Shown piece by piece: positions 7,896 to 16,152 of a stretch of 16,152 nucleotides of DNA. The translations under genes and the position numbers were made by a program. Source of the DNA: a candidate division WOR-3 bacterium (GTDB lineage Bacteria; Hydrothermota; UBA3072; B12-G15); assembly GCA_965649055.1 (NCBI GenBank), contig CBFGJG010000042.1:1-16152 (forward strand), read 5' to 3'. The stretch's first letter is position 1. Every line of letters starts with the position of its first letter. Under the pieces are notes generated by a model. The model had not been told where the DNA came from. It saw only the letters and a program-made list of their open reading frames with translations, and did no database searches.

Positions 7896-9749
7896 CTACT
7901 GTGAAATAACCTTAAATTCTACCCTTCTATTCCTTGCTCTTCCTTCCCTTGTTGTATTTGGTGCAATAGGCATAGATTCACCATAACCTTTAGCAATAAG
8001 CCTTGATGCTTCAACACCACGCTGAATAAGATAATTTCTTACAGCGTTTGCCCTGGATTCTGATAATCTTAGGTTATAACTATCAGAACCCTGTGAATCA
8101 GTATGTCCACCAATCTCAACAACAACAGTTGTGTTTGCTTTAAGCAGTTCTGCAATGTTGTCAAGGATAGGATAAGAAGTTGGTAGAATCACTGCACTTC
8201 CTGTTTCAAAGTTAATATCATTGAAAACAAGAACCTGTTTCTCTTTAAGTTGTTCATATAAACCAATATTTTGTATCGTTGTTTCTTTATCCTTTATAAC
8301 CACCACTATTGTTTGCGGAACATATCCATCCGCTTCAATCTTTACATTGTAAGTCCCTTCTTTCAATTCCTTCTTGAATATACCTGTTTCAATATCTGAT
8401 GTGATTGGTTTTTCATCAGTTCCAAGGAATGTTATCTTTGCGGCGATTGGTTTCTTTGACCTCGCATCTGTAACAGTTCCGGTAAATGTTCCTACAGGAA
8501 TATATATTTTCTTTAATGTCTGGTCAATATTTATAGTTTGATCTGCTATTATATTTATAGTTCCTTGTTTTGAAATATAACCATCCTTAACAAGCTTGAA
8601 ATTATAAGTTCCCGGTTTAAGTTTTATTGTGACCTTGCCAGTGATATCTGTTGAATATGGTTGAATAGTAGTATCCTCAAAGATTATATTAGCCATCAAA
8701 GGTTCATCCGTTTCCATATCCTTAAGACTTACTATTAGTGTTCCTTCTTTTGGTTTTGGTGGTGGGGGAGGTGGAACCTCTTTCTTCCTCTCTATTAACG
8801 CATTTGTTGTAGTGAAACCAAATGTGAATTTCCATTTACCTGATTCGTTGAAATAATCTTCTCTATTTCTGTAATCCCAATCAGGGACCATATCTATACT
8901 ATTATTCATCAATGAATATTCCCCACCAAAATCAAATGTAACACCCACTGGTGTTGTAAACCTTATACCTACCATACCCATAAGTGTATCCTTAATATTT
9001 ATATCTTTAAGATGAACATTCCCCTTAACTCCAAGAAGGAACCTTGTAAAAGGGCCTGCCCAGAGTTCAACACCAGCACCATAAAGAAAACTATTAGTAT
9101 TATTCATTGAATCAAGCGCATTAAAATAGTCATTCAAAGTATCATATTCTGTAAACCTATCCCTTACACCACGCTTAAAATATCCAAGATTCCCATGTAT
9201 CATTAAAGGAAAGATCTCAATATCTATTAGAAAATCACCTTGGTAATCTGCCCTGTGGGTGTTAGTAGGATAGAAATTTCCATTTTTAACAGCATCTTCA
9301 ACTCTTCTCTGGATAATAGTCGTTTTACCAGCACCATGAAAACCTACGAATATACCAACAGGAATTCTTGGTGTGTCATTCAAAACTGGTATTGAAAGTT
9401 TGAAACCACCATAGATATTCTCATTTCCAGGATTCCCCCAATCACGTTGATAGCCGGCATCACCGTCTTTTCTTTCCTCATATTTTACATAGAAAGTTCC
9501 ACCAAAATACGCTTCAATGTAATCGAGTATTCCATAAGCAAGCCCTACATACCCTTTTGCAAAATGATGGTCAACATCATATGTTGTTACAGTATCAGTA
9601 TACCTTTCGAGATAATGCTGTCTTGTATACTGGATACCCGAAAAGAAACTCAGGTTTGCCATAGGAAGAGAACGTGCTGAAATTATTGTAAAGGAACCTG
9701 AAGGTCCGGTTAGTGAAGGATATGAAAACAATAAAACCAATCCTAACAT
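7896..9749 (-). CDS. OmpA-family outer-membrane protein (putative N-terminal beta-barrel, poly-Pro linker, two carboxypeptidase-regulatory/PEGA-like domains, OmpA_C)
   Basis: C-terminal INFETGSA, IGGHTDSQGSDSYNLRLSESRANAV, GYGESMPIA and GRARNRRVEF. PPPPPPKP linker. Aromatic alternating beta-strand pattern in the N-half. SD GGAGG 7 nt upstream. Confidence 0.9.
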   Translation of the reverse strand: MLGLVLLFSYPSLTGPSGSFTIISARSLPMANLSFFSGIQYTRQHYLERYTDTVTTYDVDHHFAKGYVGLAYGILDYIEAYFGGTFYVKYEERKDGDAGYQRDWGNPGNENIYGGFKLSIPVLNDTPRIPVGIFVGFHGAGKTTIIQRRVEDAVKNGNFYPTNTHRADYQGDFLIDIEIFPLMIHGNLGYFKRGVRDRFTEYDTLNDYFNALDSMNNTNSFLYGAGVELWAGPFTRFLLGVKGNVHLKDINIKDTLMGMVGIRFTTPVGVTFDFGGEYSLMNNSIDMVPDWDYRNREDYFNESGKWKFTFGFTTTNALIERKKEVPPPPPPKPKEGTLIVSLKDMETDEPLMANIIFEDTTIQPYSTDITGKVTIKLKPGTYNFKLVKDGYISKQGTINIIADQTINIDQTLKKIYIPVGTFTGTVTDARSKKPIAAKITFLGTDEKPITSDIETGIFKKELKEGTYNVKIEADGYVPQTIVVVIKDKETTIQNIGLYEQLKEKQVLVFNDINFETGSAVILPTSYPILDNIAELLKANTTVVVEIGGHTDSQGSDSYNLRLSESRANAVRNYLIQRGVEASRLIAKGYGESMPIAPNTTREGRARNRRVEFKVISQ

Positions 9750-9775
9750 ATAAAAACCTCCATAATTTTAAATAG

Positions 9776-9848
9776 TGAGCCGTGCAGGAATCGAACCTGC
9801 GACTCCCGGCTTAAAAGGCCGGTGCTCTACCTGCTGAGCTAACGGCCC
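9776..9848 (-). tRNA. tRNA-Lys (anticodon UUU), CCA not encoded
   Basis: Reverse complement reads GGGCCGTTAGCTCAGCAGGTAGAGCACCGGCCTTTTAAGCCGGGAGTCGCAGGTTCGATTCCTGCACGGCTCA. Acceptor, D, anticodon (CCGGC-CTTTTAA-GCCGG) and T arms all fold. Followed by CTA. Confidence 0.97.
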
Positions 9849-9857
9849 ACTTTAATT

Positions 9858-9885
9858 AATTTATAACAATTATAATAATTGTCAA
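9858..9885 (-). promoter_or_regulatory. sigma70-type promoter for tRNA-Lys (and probably ompA-uvrD)
   Basis: TTGACA (9885..9880), 16-nt spacer, TAAATT (9863..9858); 9 nt before the tRNA 5' end. Confidence 0.6.
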
Positions 9886-9904
9886 GAATTTTCAAGAATT
9901 TTCT

Positions 9905-12132
<2,228 letters not shown>

Positions 12133-13407
12133 CTATCCTCCTTTTTTATAATCAGGTTTCTGGAAACTATATTCAAAACTTGTATAATGTTTGTACCTGT
12201 TTTCAATCAATGCAATAACATCTTCTATGAATACTATCTCTTCATCTGTTGGTATTACAAAAACTTTTATTTTTGAATCATCCGAAGAGATAACAAATTC
12301 TTTATCTCTGCTTTTTGCATTATTATTCCTTTCAATATCAATCTTTATCCCCAATTCATCAAGTTCTTTTAATGCTTCATATCTTAGCTCAGGCCACATT
12401 TCCCCAACTCCAGCAGTGAAAACAATTGCATCAACATGCCCTAAGACAGCTGTATAAGCACCTATGTATTTTCTTATTCTGTAAGCCTCTATCTTGAATG
12501 CAAGAATTGACCTTTCGTCACCCTCAGAAATTCCTGTCTCCACATCCCTTCTATCGGTATACTTTCCAGTAATACCCAGAATACCACTCTTTTTATTCAA
12601 AATATTTATTACCTCAGATGCAGAAATATTAAGTTTTTCGGAAATATAACCTATAATTGCAGGGTCAATATCTCCACTCCTTGTTCCCATAACAACGCCT
12701 TCAAGTGGGGTGAAACCCATAGATGTATCAACTGATATGCCTTTCTTTATTGCTGTTATACTTGCCCCATTACCTATATGACAGGTTATAAGGTTAACCT
12801 CATCCGGTTTTTTACCAAGAAGACAGGCTGCTCTCCTTGAAACATAAAGATGACTTGTTCCATGAAATCCATATCTTCTTATTCCGTATTTCATATACCA
12901 TTCATATGGAACTGGATAAATATACGCATAGTTTGGCATTGTCTGATGGAATGCAGTATCCATCACTGCAATATGGGGTATATCAGGAAGAATTTCCATT
13001 GCGCTCTCTATACCCAAAACATTAGGGGGATTATGTAAAGGTGCAAGGTCTGATAGTTCTTTAAATTTATCAATAACCTCTTGTTTTATTATCACTGATT
13101 TTGTAAAAACCTCACCACCATGAACAACTCTGTGTCCAACTGCTATAATCTCTTTTCTATCCTTAAGGATTCCTATTTTAGGATCTTCAAGAACTTTCAA
13201 GATCAATTTAATAGCCTCTTTGTGTGTTGGACATTCTTCTTCAATCTTAATCTTATCATTACCAGTTATCTCGTGTTTTATAAAAGAACCACCAACTGTA
13301 ACCCTTTCTACAATACCTTTTGCTAATACTTTTGATATATCACAATCAAACAGAGAATATTTTACAGATGAACTACCACAATTTAATGTTAATATCAATC
13401 TACCCAT
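12133..13407 (-). CDS. ackA: Acetate kinase
   Basis: LNCGSSSVK, GHRVVHGG, LAPLHNP, DTAFHQT, RRYGFHGTSH, DTSMGFTPLEG, FTAGVGE and IPTDEE. Confidence 0.97.
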   Translation of the reverse strand: MGRLILTLNCGSSSVKYSLFDCDISKVLAKGIVERVTVGGSFIKHEITGNDKIKIEEECPTHKEAIKLILKVLEDPKIGILKDRKEIIAVGHRVVHGGEVFTKSVIIKQEVIDKFKELSDLAPLHNPPNVLGIESAMEILPDIPHIAVMDTAFHQTMPNYAYIYPVPYEWYMKYGIRRYGFHGTSHLYVSRRAACLLGKKPDEVNLITCHIGNGASITAIKKGISVDTSMGFTPLEGVVMGTRSGDIDPAIIGYISEKLNISASEVINILNKKSGILGITGKYTDRRDVETGISEGDERSILAFKIEAYRIRKYIGAYTAVLGHVDAIVFTAGVGEMWPELRYEALKELDELGIKIDIERNNNAKSRDKEFVISSDDSKIKVFVIPTDEEIVFIEDVIALIENRYKHYTSFEYSFQKPDYKKGG

Positions 13408-13811
13408 CTCTCCTCCCCGAAGAAAAATTTTATCTCCCTTTCTGCACTTTCAGGTGAATCCGACGCATGAACAGCGTTAACTGTTACATTCGTTCCATAA
13501 AGTTTTCTTATTGTTCCATCTTCTGCCTTGGAAGGGTCTGTAGACCCAACTATATTCCTTATCCTTGTAACTGCATTTTCACCTTCTATTCTTATTGCAA
13601 CAACAGGACCCGTAAGCATAAAATTTATAAGTCTTTCAAAGAAAGGTTTACCTCTATGGATTTCATAGAATCTTTCTGCCCTTTCTTTTGTAAATTTTTC
13701 CATTTTTATGTTTGTTATTTTAAAATCATTTCTTTCAATAATTCTAATTATCTCTCCAATCAGAGATCTCTTGACTCCATCAGGTTTGATCATAAGTAAG
13801 GTTTCGCTCAC
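13395..13811 (-). CDS. ndk: Nucleoside-diphosphate kinase
   Basis: TLLMIKPDGV, FYEIHRGKPFF, GTIR and NAVHASDS (phospho-His). GTG start. Confidence 0.97.
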   Translation of the reverse strand: MSETLLMIKPDGVKRSLIGEIIRIIERNDFKITNIKMEKFTKERAERFYEIHRGKPFFERLINFMLTGPVVAIRIEGENAVTRIRNIVGSTDPSKAEDGTIRKLYGTNVTVNAVHASDSPESAEREIKFFFGEERWVD

Positions 13812-13817
13812 ATTTTT

Positions 13818-13845
13818 ATTTTAGGATAAAAGATTTTTATGTCAA
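13818..13845 (-). promoter_or_regulatory. sigma70-type promoter for ndk operon (likely leaderless)
   Basis: TTGACA (13845..13840), 16-nt spacer, TAAAAT (13823..13818), 6 nt, then the GTG start. Confidence 0.75.
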
Positions 13846-13884
13846 TAAAATTTTTAAAAGAGCATTAAAAAATAAAAAATTTTT

Positions 13885-13912
13885 GGAACCTTTTTTTGAA
13901 ACTGTTCGTCTT
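13885..13912 (+). promoter_or_regulatory. ECF/sigmaE-type promoter GGAACC-N16-CGTCTT
   Basis: GGAACC at 13885-13890, 16-nt spacer, CGTC at 13907-13910. Matches the widely seen ECF consensus GGAAC-N17-CGT. Confidence 0.65.
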
Positions 13913-13917
13913 TATAA

Positions 13918-13974
13918 TTGCATAAAGACCTCCTTCCTTTTAATATATACGGGAGCCTCCGGGCTCCCATTTTT
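13918..13974 (+). ncRNA. Candidate ECF-dependent small RNA with anti-Shine-Dalgarno seed
   Basis: Bounded by an ECF promoter and an intrinsic terminator, with no ATG. Contains CATAAAGACCTCCTTCC. The 5' end is estimated from promoter spacing. Confidence 0.6.
13951..13974 (+). terminator. Intrinsic terminator with c(UCCG)g tetraloop
   Basis: GGGAGCC-TCCG-GGCTCCC followed by ATTTTT. The UNCG loop and U-tract both point to the + strand. No + strand CDS lies upstream for it to terminate. Confidence 0.8.
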
Positions 13975-14009
13975 ATTGACTTTTTTTTTATATATATTAA
14001 AAAATTAAT

Positions 14010-14672
14010 ATGAGATTAAAAGCAGACCTTCATATACATACAAGAAATTCTTATGATTCTTTAAATAGTATTGACAAAATTATCCAATTTGCAAAAAGGA
14101 AGAATTTAAATGTAATAGGTATAACAGACCATAATCATCTTACAATTTACCCTGATTATAAAAATATTAAAATTATATTTGGTGAAGAGATAAAAACAAA
14201 GAATGGAGAAATTATCGGATATTTTTTAAAAGAAAAGATAAGAAAAGGAATGACAATAATGGATACAATAAGGGCTATAAAAGAACAAGAAGGTATTGTT
14301 TGTGTTCCACATCCTCTTGATAGAATTAGACGTTCAGCTATAGGTATAGAGACATTAATGAAGATAATAGATTTTGTAGATATCATAGAAGTATTCAACG
14401 GAAGAACAACCTTTCTTGAAGATAATCTTAATGCTTTAAAAATTGCAAAAGAATACAAAAAGAGTATGAGTGTTGGAAGTGATGCACATATACCCTTTGA
14501 AATAGGTTCCTGTTCATTCGAGATAGACGATTTTAATTCTAAAGACGAATTTTTGAATGTCTTAAAAAATCCCAAAATAAATATGGGATTAAGTCCTTTT
14601 GTTGTTCATATTCCATCAACATTTGCAAAATATTATAACAGGATCGGGAATTTGTTCAAAAGATATAAATAA
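14010..14672 (+). CDS. PHP-domain metal-dependent phosphoesterase
   Basis: DLHIHT, ITDHN, GEEI, VPHP, EVFNGR and GSDAH. The 3' end overlaps the convergent kinase gene by 17 nt. Confidence 0.92.
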   Translation: MRLKADLHIHTRNSYDSLNSIDKIIQFAKRKNLNVIGITDHNHLTIYPDYKNIKIIFGEEIKTKNGEIIGYFLKEKIRKGMTIMDTIRAIKEQEGIVCVPHPLDRIRRSAIGIETLMKIIDFVDIIEVFNGRTTFLEDNLNALKIAKEYKKSMSVGSDAHIPFEIGSCSFEIDDFNSKDEFLNVLKNPKINMGLSPFVVHIPSTFAKYYNRIGNLFKRYK

Positions 14673-15969
14673 GCTGAATGTCATTCACATTAGTTCCTGT
14701 TAAGCCAGTAAAAATAAGGTCTTTTGAAGACTTTAAAGTTTTTTCAGCATTATGTAATTCCAAAGAATATAATATTTTCTTCTTCCCAGTAAGCCCAATA
14801 GTATAATTGTCAACTATCGCACCAGCATAATTACTTGAGCCATCTTTACCATCTGTATCTATTGAAGAGAAAACAAATTTCATTTTTGGTGAAATATTCA
14901 GAATAAAATAAAGACATAATTCCTGATTTGCACCACCTTTTCCCTTTTTCCCTGAAATATTTACCTCTGTTTCACCTCCAGAAATTAGAATGACGGGTTT
15001 CCTCACAGGAATATTGTTAAAGTAGACATCCTCTGCTATTGCACTTAAAAAAATACCTGCATTATTTGGTGAACCTCTTATTCTTGAAGAAATTATAAAT
15101 GTTTTGAATTCAGATATTCTTTTAATTTCCTTTAATACATCAATGTTTTTTAAAATTATAAAATTATTAATGTTATTTAAAAGTATTCTTTCTTTGCTTT
15201 TAATTTTCAGAAACTTCTTTAATTCGGGAAAGCCTTCAAATATTCTGTATTTATTCACGACTTCTTTGAATTCTTCAAATGTTGTATTGTTTTCAACAGT
15301 TGGCCCGGAACTTATCATATCTATTCTATCGTCAACAACATCCGATATAATAAGATTTATTATTTGTGCTTTACATAGCTTTGCGAGTTTTCCTCCTTTA
15401 ACTCCTGATAAAAATTTTCTTACTGTATTTATTTCCTGAATATCTGCACCAGATTCAATCAGTTTTTTTGATATTTCTATCTTCTGTCTTAAAGTAATTC
15501 CGTCTTCAGGTAAAACAAGAGAAGAAGAACCACCACCTGAGATTAAAAAAATAACATGGTCATCTTTTTTAGTATTTTGAATCAAAGAAATAACCCTTTT
15601 TGTCCCTTTAACACTATTTTCGTTCGGATAAGGATGGCTAGACCTGTAGTATTCAAATTCATTCCCAGTATATTTTTCAGGTGAGATTAAAATATATCTT
15701 TTAACTTTTTTATTTAAAATTTTCTTTATTCCCTCAGCCATTCCCAATGCTGCCTTCCCAAATCCTATAACATAAACATTTCTATTCCTGATATTGAAAC
15801 TTTCATTGAAGATATATAATTTTTCATTTTTAAATTCAATATTTCTATTTATTGAATTTTCAGGATTTGCAAAATTTATTGCCTTTTCAATCAGTTCCAA
15901 TATATATTTTCTTTCTTTTTTAAAAATTTTACCTTCTGTAATCTCATTCTTGTTTTTTATTATATTCAT
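14656..15969 (-). CDS. Glycerate 2-kinase family (class II, DUF4147 + MOFRL)
   Basis: GFGKAA, SHPYP, LISGGGSS, INTVRK.LSGVKGG.LA, ISDV, SSGPT, SGGET, DTDGKDG and TGLTGTNVND. Start moved from the track's TTG (16005) to ATG 15969. Confidence 0.88.
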   Translation of the reverse strand: MNIIKNKNEITEGKIFKKERKYILELIEKAINFANPENSINRNIEFKNEKLYIFNESFNIRNRNVYVIGFGKAALGMAEGIKKILNKKVKRYILISPEKYTGNEFEYYRSSHPYPNENSVKGTKRVISLIQNTKKDDHVIFLISGGGSSSLVLPEDGITLRQKIEISKKLIESGADIQEINTVRKFLSGVKGGKLAKLCKAQIINLIISDVVDDRIDMISSGPTVENNTTFEEFKEVVNKYRIFEGFPELKKFLKIKSKERILLNNINNFIILKNIDVLKEIKRISEFKTFIISSRIRGSPNNAGIFLSAIAEDVYFNNIPVRKPVILISGGETEVNISGKKGKGGANQELCLYFILNISPKMKFVFSSIDTDGKDGSSNYAGAIVDNYTIGLTGKKKILYSLELHNAEKTLKSSKDLIFTGLTGTNVNDIQLIYIF

Positions 15970-15975
15970 AAATAA

Positions 15976-16005
15976 AATATAAACAGATTTCTGTTTGTAT
16001 GTCAA
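15976..16005 (-). promoter_or_regulatory. sigma70-type promoter for the glycerate kinase gene (likely leaderless)
   Basis: TTGACA (16005..16000), 18-nt spacer, TATATT (15981..15976), 6 nt, then ATG. Confidence 0.6.
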
Positions 16006-16014
16006 GGAGATAAA

Positions 16015-16152
16015 TTAACAAAAAACGGGAAGATCAGGGACATGGTGGTACAATTTATTATAATTAACATTTAAGTTTTGTCTAAAAATTTTATCATAAA
16101 TCTCATCAATTATTATAGGTGGTATATATGCTAACACACAAGGTAGGTTATA
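16015..16152 (-). CDS. 3' end of an unidentified gene entering from the right edge
   Basis: 45 open codons from the edge (YNLPCVLAYIPPIIIDEIYDKIFRQNLNVNYNKLYHHVPDLPVFC) ending in TAA at 16017..16015, just before the next promoter. No recognisable motif. Confidence 0.45.
   Translation of the reverse strand, partial: YNLPCVLAYIPPIIIDEIYDKIFRQNLNVNYNKLYHHVPDLPVFC

Noticed and set aside
9750..9904. tRNA-Lys as an island integration site, and the TCAAGAATTT direct repeat at 9882-9901
   Set aside because: No integrase or duplicated tRNA 3' end was noticed and the flanks are housekeeping genes. The 10-bp repeat is low-complexity and overlaps the -35 box, so there is too little to call an operator.
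13912..13939. Minus-strand minigene AGGAGG-N5-ATG CAA TTA TAA (MQL*)
   Set aside because: It is the mirror image of the sRNA seed. The promoter, UNCG loop and U-tract all face the + strand, so the sRNA reading is preferred, though the minigene is not formally excluded.
15970..16005. ORF-track TTG start of the glycerate kinase (MTYKQKSVYILF extension)
   Set aside because: The TTG is the start of a TTGACA -35 box with a matching -10. ATG 15969 is more plausible.

Overview
AT-rich (roughly 30% GC by eye) chromosomal window from a diderm, probably anaerobic bacterium. The Lys/Glu/Ile-rich proteins, NfnAB and an OmpA-domain barrel suggest a WOR-3-like lineage, but that is only an impression. Almost all genes are on the minus strand. 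Right to left: the 3' end of an unknown ORF; a MOFRL-type glycerate kinase; a PHP-domain hydrolase (+); an ndk-ackA-nfnA-nfnB operon; tRNA-Lys(UUU), a multi-domain ompA-family gene and uvrD/pcrA; a four-gene cassette of ECF sigma, anti-sigma and two Spy/CpxP/heavy-metal-sensor-like genes; rsmE; and a TPR-CHAT caspase-like protease followed by a second ECF sigma, which is missing from the ORF track and runs off the left edge. There is no CRISPR array or mobile element. Best leads: (1) a candidate ~57-nt sRNA with an ECF-type promoter and UNCG terminator whose seed forms a 12-bp duplex with the ompA ribosome-binding site, as in MicA; (2) a CRISPR-independent, possibly exported TPR-CHAT protease paired with an ECF sigma; (3) ultra-short, charge-free signal peptides; (4) recurrent leaderless genes; (5) an H-x-C repeat tail on the Spy-like protein.
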